Assembly: GCA_036825155.1 (NCBI GenBank)
Contig: DAISYU010000002.1
Location: 3,914-67,913 of the forward strand
Source of the DNA: Thermodesulfobacteriota bacterium
GTDB lineage: Bacteria; Desulfobacterota; Desulfomonilia; UBA1062
Length of the DNA: 64,000 nt
Direction: 5' to 3'
Part shown: in pieces, positions 29,139-39,241 of the stretch
Layout of the letters: each line of letters starts with the position of its first letter
Position numbering within the stretch: the stretch's first letter is position 1
Translations under genes and position numbers: made by a program
The notes under the pieces: model-generated
What the model saw: only the letters and a program-made list of their open reading frames with translations
Told to the model about the DNA's origin: nothing
The model's database searches: none

Positions 29139-30470
29139 TTAATCTACGATCATGGAAGGAAGCCACATGACTGCCTGCGGGAAATAAGCGCATATTATCA
29201 AGCCTATGAGCATGAGTGCGACAAACGGAATGATTCCCCAATAGACCTTTTTGATATCGATACGATCCGGATCGACTCCTTTTATGTAGAAGAGTGCATA
29301 GCCGAATGGCGGTGTCAGGAATGATGCCTGCAGATTGACTGCCATCATTATCACAAACCAGATAGGATCAAACCCCAGTTCCTTGGCTATGGGGAGGAAC
29401 AGGGGGAAGCAGATAAGCACAATGCCGATCCAGTCGATAAACATTCCCAGGAGAAATACTATGAGCATCATTACCCAGAAGGTTCCCCATTTGCCCATCC
29501 CGAGTCCTGTGACAAACTCAGTTACGACATCACCTCCGCCGATGCCGAGAAAAACACCGGTGAAACACGTCGCACCGCAGAGGATGATTATTACCATGGT
29601 GTTGGTCTTGGCTGTCTGTATGGCTGCCTGGTACAGTCCATTCCAGGTAAACTTCCCATATCCGATAACCATCAGGAAAGCGAGGAACGCTCCGACACCG
29701 GAAGCCTCTGTCGGGGTGGCTATCCCAAAGAATATAGACCCCAGGACACCCAGAATGAGGACCAGGGGAGGTACCAGCGATTTCAAGACCATCCACATTA
29801 TATCCTTAGAGGTTACCGCAGCCCGTTCCTCCTTGCTTATCGGGGGGCCGAGCTCAGGATTCAGGTGACATCTGATATATACATATATCAGGTAGAGGAG
29901 GGAGAGTATAATACCCGGCATAACAGCGCCTGCAAACAGTTTCCCAACTGAGATAGTTGCCTCGCTGGCCATGACAACCAGCATGATGCTGGGGGGGATA
30001 AGGATACCCAGTGTACCTCCTGCACATATAGCACCATAGGACAGTTCCTCATTATACCCGTATTTTCTCATCATCGGCAGGGCCAGAAGACCCATGGTGA
30101 CAACAGAGGCACCGATGATGCCGGTACATGCAGCAAAGATTGTCGAGACAACGACGACAGTCAATGCAATCCCGCCCTTTGTCTGGCCCAGGAGATAGCG
30201 CAGCGCCTTGAAGAGGTCTTCGGCAACACCCGACCGGTCGAGAAACTGGGCCATGAAAATAAATAATGGGATGGCTAAGAGAACATAATTGTCCATGGTG
30301 CCCCATATGCGGTTCATGAACATATAAAAGACTGAAGGACCCCATCCTATATATCCGAAGATCACTGCCAGACCACCCAGCACAAAGGCGAGAGGATGAC
30401 CCATAAACAGCCCGATCAGGAGCCCTGCAAACATAAGAACAGTTAGAACTTCCGGACTCAGATCAATCAT
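29139..30470 (-). CDS. dctM: TRAP transporter large permease
   Basis: 443-aa polytopic membrane protein of DctM type. It overlaps dctQ by 4 nt. Confidence 0.85.
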   Translation of the reverse strand: MIDLSPEVLTVLMFAGLLIGLFMGHPLAFVLGGLAVIFGYIGWGPSVFYMFMNRIWGTMDNYVLLAIPLFIFMAQFLDRSGVAEDLFKALRYLLGQTKGGIALTVVVVSTIFAACTGIIGASVVTMGLLALPMMRKYGYNEELSYGAICAGGTLGILIPPSIMLVVMASEATISVGKLFAGAVMPGIILSLLYLIYVYIRCHLNPELGPPISKEERAAVTSKDIMWMVLKSLVPPLVLILGVLGSIFFGIATPTEASGVGAFLAFLMVIGYGKFTWNGLYQAAIQTAKTNTMVIIILCGATCFTGVFLGIGGGDVVTEFVTGLGMGKWGTFWVMMLIVFLLGMFIDWIGIVLICFPLFLPIAKELGFDPIWFVIMMAVNLQASFLTPPFGYALFYIKGVDPDRIDIKKVYWGIIPFVALMLIGLIICAYFPQAVMWLPSMIVD

Positions 30471-30967
30471 ATCTCCTCCCCCTTGATAATGTAAACCCGT
30501 TTAATGCATTCAGATATTCCCTGTAGTGCAAGAAGGATAAAGGTGACGACGATTACGGTCTTTACTGGATATAACGGTGGAGCGAATACACTCCATGAAG
30601 TCTCCTTCATTGCCCAGGATCGAGAGGCAAAAAGATATCCCTGCCAGATGCTTACTGTACAAAACGGGAAGAAGAACAACAGGTATGATACCAGATCAAG
30701 TATTGCCCTGGCCCTTTTTGAAAGCATCATGGTGAAAATATCAACAGAAACATGAGATCCATACAACAGGCCAAAACCTGCCACGATCATGAAATGGAGT
30801 GCATAGACCTGCTTAAGCACTTCAAAACTCCATATGGTGGGTGCTCCGAGGAATCTTCTTAGAATAACCTCCATGACTGTCAGGAGTACGAGTGGAACCA
30901 CAAGCCAGCAGAAGATTCTGCCTGTCCACTCGTTGATTGAATCAAGGAATTTGACTAGCTTCTTCAC
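30467..30967 (-). CDS. dctQ: TRAP transporter small permease
   Basis: 166 aa with 4 predicted TM segments, immediately upstream of dctM. Confidence 0.7.
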   Translation of the reverse strand: MKKLVKFLDSINEWTGRIFCWLVVPLVLLTVMEVILRRFLGAPTIWSFEVLKQVYALHFMIVAGFGLLYGSHVSVDIFTMMLSKRARAILDLVSYLLFFFPFCTVSIWQGYLFASRSWAMKETSWSVFAPPLYPVKTVIVVTFILLALQGISECIKRVYIIKGEEI

Positions 30968-31087
30968 GTTTTACCCCTCCTGTATGTGCTTTTGATGCAA
31001 CACTTCTTAAGGTGCTGATGTTGTGATACTGATCGTGTATCACTCTCCATTCTCTTGAGACTCACAATCCTGTATCTTTCAGGAAAA

Positions 31088-31118
31088 GCGCAGGGGTCTG
31101 TTTCGGTGACCCCTACGC
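31088..31118 (-). terminator. intercistronic hairpin between dctP and dctQ (possible attenuator/partial terminator)
   Basis: On the minus strand, GCGTAGGGGTC-loop-GACCCCTGCGC (one mismatch) is followed by TTTTCC. Confidence 0.35.
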
Positions 31119-31148
31119 CGCATTGTAATTATCCAAGCTGTATGTCTG

Positions 31149-32243
31149 CTATTCTATTTCAGGATAGGTCTTCGGATTAAATCCGAACTTAAACTCACCC
31201 TCCATAGAGCGCCACTGTGCGAATGCCTTCCTGAACTTTATCTGCGATTCGATAGATTTCTTGAAGAGAGGATTGGCCTTTGCCGATTCCGTGGTATGCT
31301 TGTTCGTCAGTTGTTCAATGGTATCAAGCACCGATGGATCATATGTTGTGATCTGGATGCCCTTATCAAGGAACTTCTGTGTGAATTCAATGGTGTCATA
31401 ATACTGCTTTGTTGTGAATTCCATGGCAGCTGCCTTGGCGGCATATCTGAGGTCTTCCTGAAGGTCAGGACCAAGCTCATCCCATACCTTCTTATTGATC
31501 ATGACACCCATGACGGATGCGGGCTGATGCCATCCGGGAACAGCCCAGTATTTTGTCACCTCACCGAATCCCATCCTCCAGTCTGATGAGGGGCTGGAAA
31601 ATTCCGCTGCATCAATAACACCTTTCTGAAGTGCCTGATAAATCTCCTGACCTGACATTGCAACCTGTGCTGCCCCAAGGTCTTTCAAAAGCTTGCCCTG
31701 GGTCTGTCCTGACATACGTATCTTCATACCTTTGAGATCTTCCAGGGTTTTGATTGGCTTATTGCTTCTGAGTCCGCATTCCATGGGAGTGACTCCGGTA
31801 ACGAGATATACTATCCCGAATTTTCCGTATGCCTCATCATAAATGGCCTGGCCGCCGCCCTGGTAAATCCAGAGAAGGTAATCGATCGGTGTCAGACCCA
31901 TTGGATAAGATCCGAGTGTATCAAATACTGAATCTTTTCCAGCCCAGTAGTTCGGCCAGTCACCTGAAGCCTCTATTGTCCCTTTACTAACAGCATCAAA
32001 AACCTCATAGGACGGCATCAGTGTTCCGCCGGTAAAGAATTTGATCTCCAGACGTCCTTTGCATATCTGATTAGCGGCTTTCACAAATGCCTGGTCAGCT
32101 TCGATAAGAGAGATCGACGGTGGCCATGTGGAGGTCATCTTCCACTTTATAACCTTCTCAGCAGCATTTGCTGGTGTTACTCCTGCTGTCAGACCCAATA
32201 GCAGCGCTAGTACCACAATGATAAATAAACCTTTTTTCCCCAT
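31149..32243 (-). CDS. dctP: TRAP transporter solute-binding protein (DctP family)
   Basis: Signal peptide (LLLGLTAGVTPANA), 364 aa, and DctP-like composition. First gene of the dctPQM order. Confidence 0.8.
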   Translation of the reverse strand: MGKKGLFIIVVLALLLGLTAGVTPANAAEKVIKWKMTSTWPPSISLIEADQAFVKAANQICKGRLEIKFFTGGTLMPSYEVFDAVSKGTIEASGDWPNYWAGKDSVFDTLGSYPMGLTPIDYLLWIYQGGGQAIYDEAYGKFGIVYLVTGVTPMECGLRSNKPIKTLEDLKGMKIRMSGQTQGKLLKDLGAAQVAMSGQEIYQALQKGVIDAAEFSSPSSDWRMGFGEVTKYWAVPGWHQPASVMGVMINKKVWDELGPDLQEDLRYAAKAAAMEFTTKQYYDTIEFTQKFLDKGIQITTYDPSVLDTIEQLTNKHTTESAKANPLFKKSIESQIKFRKAFAQWRSMEGEFKFGFNPKTYPEIE

Positions 32244-32592
32244 CTCATATTCCTCCTTTTGTATTTAGAATGTATCTTTCCTGTACCCAGCCTTTTTGTA
32301 ACTACAACAAAATTAATCTGTTAATTTTAATAGTCAAGCAATGCTGATTATATGTGATGCTGAACTTATGGCCCGACCACCTTAATGGTCTTTGTACATA
32401 CATAAAAGCAATTTTCAGACCAAACAACAATATAGGTTTTCTTATCATCTCAGAAAGAAGTGTATTTTTAGTAAAGAAGCTGATTTGTGATATTTCGCGA
32501 TGAAATTATCTAGACATTAGTATGGCTTGTTGATATAAATTATTGTATCATATGTGAGACATGTAGACCATTTGATACGGGGGGAGGGCATC

Positions 32593-34044
32593 ATGAACGA
32601 GAACCAATCCCACACCACTATACACTATTCGGCACCAACCGAACAAGAGAACACAGGGGTATATGTACCGTTAGCTGTTCTCAGACACCTTGAGATGTTA
32701 AATCTTGTTATCGACAATGTCCTCAACGGGATTATGGTGACCGATCCCGATGGTTATATTACTCATTTCAACAAACCCTATGGCCAGTTTCTCGGTATCG
32801 ATTCCAAATCACAGCTCGGAAAGCATTGTACCGAGGTTGTTGAAAATACCCGCATGCACATCGTTGGAAAAACAGGGGTGCCCGAGATCAACCAGATACA
32901 AAGGATCAAGGGGCAGGAGATAATCGTGCAGCGGATTCCTATACGAGAGAATGGCAAAGTAATTGCTGTGTTTGGACATGTGATGTTTACTGATGTCAAA
33001 GATCTTGAGAAGCTGGCAAAAAAACTCTGTTTTCTGGAATCCAAGGTCAAACTCTATGAGCAGGAGCTTCTTGCGCTGCGTTCAACCCGATATACCTTCG
33101 ACAGTATAATCGGCGTAAGTGATGAGATCAACAGGTTAAAAGATGAATCGCTCAAGGCTACCGCCAACAAGTATCCGGTGTTGATCACCGGAGAAAGCGG
33201 CACCGGCAAAGAACTCTTTGCCCAGGCTATCCATCAGGCATCTCCACGCAAGATCCACCCCTTTGTCCGACTCAACTGCTCAGCCATACCCAAAGATCTG
33301 CTCGAATCGGAACTTTTCGGATATGAGAAGGGCGCCTTTACCGGTGCGGGAGCAAAGGGCAAACCGGGCAAGTTCGAGCTTGCACATAAGGGCACTATAT
33401 TCCTTGATGAAATAGGGGACATGCCCCTGGAGATGCAACCGAAGATTATGCGCGTACTGGAGGAGAAGGAGCTCGAACGTATAGGCGGCAATACAATGAT
33501 TCGGTCTGATTTCCGTCTTATATCTGCCACGAACCAGAACCTTGAAGAGATGGTTGCAGATGACAGATTCCGCAAGGATCTCTTTTACCGCCTGAATGTA
33601 ATCCACCTGCACATACCGCCACTTCGTGAACGCAAGGAGGACATCATCCCTCTTGCTCAGCATCTGCTGAAACAGATCGCATATGAATCGAACCGTTCGG
33701 ATATAGCAATGGAAAAGGAGGCTGAACAGGCCCTGATGAAGTATGACTGGCCGGGAAATGTCAGGGAACTCGTCAACGTCCTTGAGAGGACCATGTCTTC
33801 TCTGGAAGGTGAAGTCATTCAATTCATTGATATCCCGTTCTATCTACGCCATAAGCAGGAAGATAAACTGGAAAGCATCCCCTCATACCTGAGAGAGGAA
33901 CAGTCCAAAGCAGAGAGAAAGGCTATTATCCAGGCGTTGAAACAAACCAGCAGCAAGTCGCAGGCGGCGAAGATGCTGGGAATCCACCGCACGTTGCTGT
34001 ACAAGAAGATGAAAAAATACAGGATCCCCCTCACGCCTGATTAA
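32593..34044 (+). CDS. sigma-54-dependent transcriptional activator with N-terminal PAS domain and C-terminal Fis-type HTH
   Basis: AAA+ sigma-54 activator motifs (GESGTGKELFAQAIH, GAFTGA, ESELFGYEKGAFTG) and C-terminal AAKMLGIHRTLLYKKMKKY. The ATG at 32593 follows a GGGGGGAGGG SD. Confidence 0.85.
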   Translation: MNENQSHTTIHYSAPTEQENTGVYVPLAVLRHLEMLNLVIDNVLNGIMVTDPDGYITHFNKPYGQFLGIDSKSQLGKHCTEVVENTRMHIVGKTGVPEINQIQRIKGQEIIVQRIPIRENGKVIAVFGHVMFTDVKDLEKLAKKLCFLESKVKLYEQELLALRSTRYTFDSIIGVSDEINRLKDESLKATANKYPVLITGESGTGKELFAQAIHQASPRKIHPFVRLNCSAIPKDLLESELFGYEKGAFTGAGAKGKPGKFELAHKGTIFLDEIGDMPLEMQPKIMRVLEEKELERIGGNTMIRSDFRLISATNQNLEEMVADDRFRKDLFYRLNVIHLHIPPLRERKEDIIPLAQHLLKQIAYESNRSDIAMEKEAEQALMKYDWPGNVRELVNVLERTMSSLEGEVIQFIDIPFYLRHKQEDKLESIPSYLREEQSKAERKAIIQALKQTSSKSQAAKMLGIHRTLLYKKMKKYRIPLTPD

Positions 34045-34056
34045 TGCATTTCAAGC

Positions 34057-34076
34057 ATGTATCAATGTTGATACAT
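34057..34076. promoter_or_regulatory. 9-2-9 perfect palindrome ATGTATCAA-TG-TTGATACAT (candidate activator-binding site)
   Basis: Lies 13 nt after the activator stop and about 270 nt upstream of the candidate -24/-12 element. Confidence 0.4.
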
Positions 34077-34330
34077 ACTCGACCATCCATCTTATCTCGA
34101 GTTTGTTCCCTGCCAGGAATACATATTCAGCCGATGGGGCTGAGAGAGGTTTTCATTTCTCATCTCTCAATATACCGGGTACTCCCGTAGACTTGTTTTA
34201 CTAAGTATTCTTCGGGTTTACTTCTCATCAATACCCTCTGATGAAATACCTGAAATTTCATGCTCCCTGGTACACATACAATCCATTCAATGAGTATTCC
34301 GGCATAAGCCAGAGGTATCAAGACAAACAT

Positions 34331-34346
34331 TGGCATGGCTATTGAA
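34331..34346 (+). promoter_or_regulatory. candidate sigma-54 (-24/-12) promoter TGGCAT-N5-TTGAA
   Basis: GG-N10-GA with the exact GG/GC spacing of TGGCAC-N5-TTGC. The -12 C is replaced by A. It lies about 90 nt upstream of the MaoC start. Confidence 0.3.
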
Positions 34347-34438
34347 AGTGATTCGATGGGGATTACCTATGACTATAGAATCCTCAATAACGCAAGAGAC
34401 CTTTTACAGCAGTGAAAACCAACTTAAGGGGAGGATTA

Positions 34439-34867
34439 ATGACAGGTAAGACTATTGAAGAACTCAGGATTGGTGAGACGCAGCGGTTTGCGAAAACGAT
34501 CTCCGAATCGGACGTCTATGGGTATGCAGGTATCACAGGTGATCTCAACCCGGCACATATCGATGAGCAGTATGCCGGCAACACATTTTTCAAGACCAGG
34601 ATCGCCCACGGCATGCTGACTGCCGGTTTTATCTCAGCAATAATAGGCACAAAACTTCCAGGCCCCGGTACCATCTATATAAGCCAGACCCTTAATTTCA
34701 GGGCCCCTGTCAGGATAGGGGACACGATTACCGCTTTTGTCGAGGTCTCAGAAATTGTCACGGAGAAGAACAGGGTCAGACTGAAAACCACCTGCGTTAA
34801 TCAGGATGACACTCTTGTTCTTGACGGAGAGGCTGTCGTAAGTCCGCCCAAGGCACAGGGCACATAG
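34439..34867 (+). CDS. MaoC-like (R)-specific enoyl-CoA hydratase/dehydratase
   Basis: Hot-dog-fold MaoC motif (GDLNPAHIDEQYA...IAHGMLTAG). The ATG at 34439 follows an AAGGGGAGGA SD. Confidence 0.75.
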   Translation: MTGKTIEELRIGETQRFAKTISESDVYGYAGITGDLNPAHIDEQYAGNTFFKTRIAHGMLTAGFISAIIGTKLPGPGTIYISQTLNFRAPVRIGDTITAFVEVSEIVTEKNRVRLKTTCVNQDDTLVLDGEAVVSPPKAQGT

Positions 34868-34891
34868 CTGAATCAACGGAGGAATCTGAAT

Positions 34892-36892
34892 ATGCGAGGG
34901 AAGATAGAGGATACACATATCACCACAGAGATTTCATTTCCATCATTCTTATCTCCTATGGAAGGAAAGAAGGGCAAGGTCGTCTCGATGCAGGAGGCTA
35001 TCCGTATCATACGGGACGGCGATATAATCGGAACCGCCGGCTTTGTCGGGATCGCCTTTGCCGAAGAGGTTGCTCTCAGTATCGAAGAGGCATTCCTTCG
35101 TACCGGCCATCCCAGAGACCTGACCCTGATCTACGCTGCCGGCATAGGGGACGGTGCACACAGAGGACTGAATCATCTGGCCCATGAGGGCCTTGTCACA
35201 AAGGTGATCGGCGGTCATTGGGGCTTGAGCCCAAAGCTGGTGAAGCTGGCAATGGAAAACAAGATCATTGCCTACAATCTCCCCCAGGGTGTCCTGTCTC
35301 ATATGTTCAGAGATATTGCCGCACACAGACCCAGAACGATTACGGACGTAGGCCTTTTTACCTATGTTGATCCGAGATTCGGCGGTGGCAGGGTTAACGA
35401 TGTCACCAGGGAAGACCTGGTGGAACTGATCGAATTTGACGGTCAGGAATATCTCGCATACAAAACAATGCCCATAAACGTCGCCATAGTCAGGGGCACT
35501 ACTGCCGACACAAACGGAAACATCACCATGGAGAAAGAGGCCCTGACTCTCGACGGGCTCCCCCTTGCAATGGCTGCAAAGAATTCAGGCGGTTTTGTCA
35601 TTGCACAGGTGGAGAGGGTGACCCAGCATGGCACTCTGCCGGCAAAACAGGTAAGAATACCGGGGATCTTCGTAGACTGTGTGGTTCTCTCACAACCGGA
35701 ACATCACTGGCAGACCTTTGCCGAGATATACAACCCTGCCTTCAGCAGCGAAATAACACAGCCGATACAAACCATGCAGCCCATGCTGATGGATGAAAGA
35801 AAGATCATGGCACGCAGGGCAGCCTTTGAATTAAAACCAAACAGCATTATCAATCTTGGGATCGGAGTACCGGAAGGCATATCCAGCATAGCCATCGAAG
35901 AGAAGATCCTTGACTATCTGACCCTGACAGCAGAGCCCGGGATAATCGGCGGTCTCCCTGCCGGAGGTCTGAATTTTGGCGCCGGTGTAAACATCGAGGC
36001 AATCGTGGATCAGCCCTATCAGTTTGATTTCTATGACGGCGGCGGTCTGGATTGCGCCTTTCTCGGGCTGGCTCAGGCAGACAGACACGGCAACCTGAAT
36101 GTCAGCAAGTTCGGGCCGAAAATGGCTGGCTGCGGCGGATTTATCAACATCAGCCAGAAGGCGAAGTCAGTGATCTTTGTAGGGAGTTTCACGGCAGGCG
36201 GTCTGGAAGTTGCCGTGGAGGACGGCACCCTCAGGATAGTCAAAGAGGGCAGAGTCAGGAAGTTTGTAGACAGGGTCGAACAGCTGACCTTCAGCGGAGA
36301 ATATGCCCTCAAGAAAAATCTTTCCGTACTCTATATCACGGAAAGGTGTGTCTTCTCCCTTACCGAAAAGGGTTTGAAGCTTGTTGAAATAGCCCCGGGT
36401 GTGGACATCGAAAGAGATATCATCTCCCACATGGATTTTGAACCGATCATCGAAGAACAACCCCGCCTCATGGATAAGAGGATCTTCAACCAGGGCCCTA
36501 TGAACCTGAAAGCCGATTTATTATCAGTGCCCCTTAAAGACCGGTTCAAATACAATCCCGTAAAGAACATCTTCTTTGTCAATCTGGAAGGCTATTTTGT
36601 GAACCGATCAGAGGATATTCAGGAGATGGAAGCCCTGGCAACGAGCATACTTATACCACTTCGGAAAAAAGTCTTCGGGATTATAAATTATGACAATTTC
36701 ACCATTTCACCCGATCTCGTGGATGAATACTCCGACATGGTGAAACGGCTCAGCAGATATTATTCAGGTGTGAGCAGGTATACCACAAGTACATTCCTGA
36801 GAATGAAGCTTGGTGAAGCTCTTGCGGAACGTGATGTGGCCCCTCATATCTATGAAAACAGTGAAGAGGCTCGAAAGGCACTGGACGTATGA
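34892..36892 (+). CDS. family-I CoA-transferase, propionate/acetate CoA-transferase (Pct/YdiF-like), paralog 1
   Basis: 666 aa with fused alpha/beta CoA-transferase architecture. The GGAGGA SD lies 8 nt before the ATG. 60-70% identical by eye to paralog 2. Confidence 0.75.
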   Translation: MRGKIEDTHITTEISFPSFLSPMEGKKGKVVSMQEAIRIIRDGDIIGTAGFVGIAFAEEVALSIEEAFLRTGHPRDLTLIYAAGIGDGAHRGLNHLAHEGLVTKVIGGHWGLSPKLVKLAMENKIIAYNLPQGVLSHMFRDIAAHRPRTITDVGLFTYVDPRFGGGRVNDVTREDLVELIEFDGQEYLAYKTMPINVAIVRGTTADTNGNITMEKEALTLDGLPLAMAAKNSGGFVIAQVERVTQHGTLPAKQVRIPGIFVDCVVLSQPEHHWQTFAEIYNPAFSSEITQPIQTMQPMLMDERKIMARRAAFELKPNSIINLGIGVPEGISSIAIEEKILDYLTLTAEPGIIGGLPAGGLNFGAGVNIEAIVDQPYQFDFYDGGGLDCAFLGLAQADRHGNLNVSKFGPKMAGCGGFINISQKAKSVIFVGSFTAGGLEVAVEDGTLRIVKEGRVRKFVDRVEQLTFSGEYALKKNLSVLYITERCVFSLTEKGLKLVEIAPGVDIERDIISHMDFEPIIEEQPRLMDKRIFNQGPMNLKADLLSVPLKDRFKYNPVKNIFFVNLEGYFVNRSEDIQEMEALATSILIPLRKKVFGIINYDNFTISPDLVDEYSDMVKRLSRYYSGVSRYTTSTFLRMKLGEALAERDVAPHIYENSEEARKALDV

Positions 36893-36951
36893 GCATATCA
36901 TGTTCTTGCAACTTCTTTAATCTACTAAAGATTCTATAAGGAGGTGATTTT

Positions 36952-38997
36952 ATGAAGAAAAACGGGGATCAGAAAGGGAGCAGGCACCCGATGCTTTCCC
37001 CCACCACGCCGCTACAGAAAGACAGTAGGCATCCTATGTTGTCTGCTGTCTCTCCTGTACGGATGAAAGTGGTGACTGCAGAAGAGGCCATACAGTTAAT
37101 CCAGGATGGTGATACCATTGCAACCGGTGGATTTGTGGGCAGCGGATTCCCGGAAGAGATCGCAATCAAGATCGAGGAATATTTTATCACGCATGGCAGG
37201 CCCAGAGATCTTACCGTCGTGTATGCTGCCGGTCAGGGAGATGGTTCCGCAAGGGGCCTGAACCATCTTGGCCACGAAGGACTCTTAAAGAGAATTATCG
37301 GGGGGCATTGGGGACTGGTGCCGAAGCTCCAGAAACTGGCACTGGACAATAAAGTACAGGCCTACAACTTCCCCCAGGGGGTCATTTCTCACATGTTCAG
37401 GGATATTGCAGCCCATAAACCTGTCACCATAACGGATGTCGGCATTATGACGTATGTCGATCCGCGTTATGGCGGCGGAAAGATTAATGAGAGCACCACA
37501 GAAGACCTCATTGAATTGATGAACATCCGTGGCAAGGATTATCTTGCATACAAGACGTTCCCCATCAATGTCGCCATCATACGCGGTACCACTTCCGATA
37601 CGGACGGCAACATCACCATGGAAAAAGAAGCACTGACGAACGAAAACCTTTCAATCGCCATGGCTGCGAAGAACTCGAACGGTTTCGTTATCGCACAGGT
37701 GGAAAGGATTGCGGAAAAAGGCACCCTGAATGCGCGTCAGGTAAAGATCCCCGGCATTCTTGTTGACTGCGTCGTTGTATCAACACCTGATCATCATTGG
37801 CAGACATTCGGCGTTCAGTACAATCCTTCATTCAGCTGTGAAACAAAGGTCCCGGTACAGTCCATCCCACCCATGGAGATGAGTCCAAGAAAGATTGTTG
37901 TGCGCAGAACATCCTTTGAACTGAAAGGAAACAGGATCGTCAACCTGGGAATCGGCATGCCCGAGGGTGTATCCAGCATTGCAAATGAAGAACAGATCTC
38001 CGACCTGATGACCCTTACCGCAGAGCCGGGTATCATCGGAGGACTACCGGCCGGCGGATTGAGTTTCGGGGCAGCTACCAACGCAGAGGCGGTCATCGAC
38101 CAGCCTTACCAGTTCGATTTCTATGACGGCGGAGGTCTGGACATTGCCTTTCTGGGCCTGGCTGAGGCCGACAAAGAGGGTAATGTCAATGTGAGCAAAT
38201 TCGGACCCAAGATGGCCGGCTGCGGCGGATTTATCAACATCAGTCAGAAGGCGAAGAAAGTCGCCTTTATCGGCACGTTCACCGCCGGCGGGTTGAAGAT
38301 TTCCGTACATGACGGACAGCTGAAGATTGACCAGGAGGGCAGTTTCAAAAAGTTCAAGCAGCAGGTTGAGCATGTGACCTTCAGCGGCAGGTATGCCCGG
38401 AGCATGCAGCAACCCGTTCTCTATATCACCGAGCGGTGCGTGATTGCACTGACATCCCAAGGCATGGAACTTATCGAGATCGCCCCGGGTGTCGATCTTG
38501 AGAAGGATATCCTTGCCCATATGGAATTCGAACCGATCATCAAGGGAACCCCACGTCTCATGGACAAGAGAATCTTCCTGCTGCAGCCTATGGGCCTCAG
38601 AGACGATTTCCTTAGGGTCCCCCTTGAAGAGCGGCTGATCTATGATCCGGTAGACAATATCTTCTTTGTCAACTTTGAAGGCTATTCCGTAAATACGATC
38701 GAGGATGTGCTTGAGATAGAAGCGATGGTAAGAAAAATCCTCTCTCCTGTGGGGAAGAAGGTCTATACCATCGTAAACTATGACAACTTCACCCTGAATC
38801 CGAATATCCTGGACGAATACACCGATATGGTGAAAAGGGTCGTCAGCGAGTTGTATTCCGACGTCACCAGATATTCAAGCAGTGCATTTCTGCGCATGAG
38901 ACTCGGGGAGGCCCTCAAGAAACGAAAGATGCCTCCCCATTTGTATGAAAGCCTGAAAGAGGCGGAAAAGGCGCTCAAGAAGAACGAAGATTCCTAA
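36952..38997 (+). CDS. family-I CoA-transferase (Pct/YdiF-like), paralog 2 with repeat-containing N-terminal extension
   Basis: 681 aa. AAGGAGGTG SD before the ATG. The N-terminus contains a tandem SRHPMLS repeat. Confidence 0.75.
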   Translation: MKKNGDQKGSRHPMLSPTTPLQKDSRHPMLSAVSPVRMKVVTAEEAIQLIQDGDTIATGGFVGSGFPEEIAIKIEEYFITHGRPRDLTVVYAAGQGDGSARGLNHLGHEGLLKRIIGGHWGLVPKLQKLALDNKVQAYNFPQGVISHMFRDIAAHKPVTITDVGIMTYVDPRYGGGKINESTTEDLIELMNIRGKDYLAYKTFPINVAIIRGTTSDTDGNITMEKEALTNENLSIAMAAKNSNGFVIAQVERIAEKGTLNARQVKIPGILVDCVVVSTPDHHWQTFGVQYNPSFSCETKVPVQSIPPMEMSPRKIVVRRTSFELKGNRIVNLGIGMPEGVSSIANEEQISDLMTLTAEPGIIGGLPAGGLSFGAATNAEAVIDQPYQFDFYDGGGLDIAFLGLAEADKEGNVNVSKFGPKMAGCGGFINISQKAKKVAFIGTFTAGGLKISVHDGQLKIDQEGSFKKFKQQVEHVTFSGRYARSMQQPVLYITERCVIALTSQGMELIEIAPGVDLEKDILAHMEFEPIIKGTPRLMDKRIFLLQPMGLRDDFLRVPLEERLIYDPVDNIFFVNFEGYSVNTIEDVLEIEAMVRKILSPVGKKVYTIVNYDNFTLNPNILDEYTDMVKRVVSELYSDVTRYSSSAFLRMRLGEALKKRKMPPHLYESLKEAEKALKKNEDS

Positions 38998-39024
38998 TGA
39001 AGGAAAGCCCTGAAGATTAGAGCC

Positions 39025-39050
39025 GTACCCCGCATCCAACTGCGGGGTAC
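39025..39050 (+). terminator. hairpin after CoA-transferase paralog 2 (9-bp perfect stem, 8-nt loop), no U-tract
   Basis: GTACCCCGC-atccaact-GCGGGGTAC lies 28 nt after the stop. Confidence 0.35.
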
Positions 39051-39241
39051 GCTCTCCTGAACGATAACCTATCACCCTTCATAATTTAAACAGCACGTCA
39101 TTTGTTTGAAATGCTGGTGGGGTGTGACTTGCTCCTCCGGTTTTTTCTCTTATAATATTAACATGACATGCAAAATCGGCCTGCATCGATCGAGGACAGA
39201 TACCCTTGCATGAACACTGACAATCAAGAGAGGAGAGAACT

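Noticed and set aside
32244-32592. Sigma-54 promoter for dctP in the divergent spacer
   Set aside because: Scanning both strands found no TGGCAC-N5-TTGC-like element with correct spacing. Only AT-rich sigma-70-like sequence is present. No promoter call is made.
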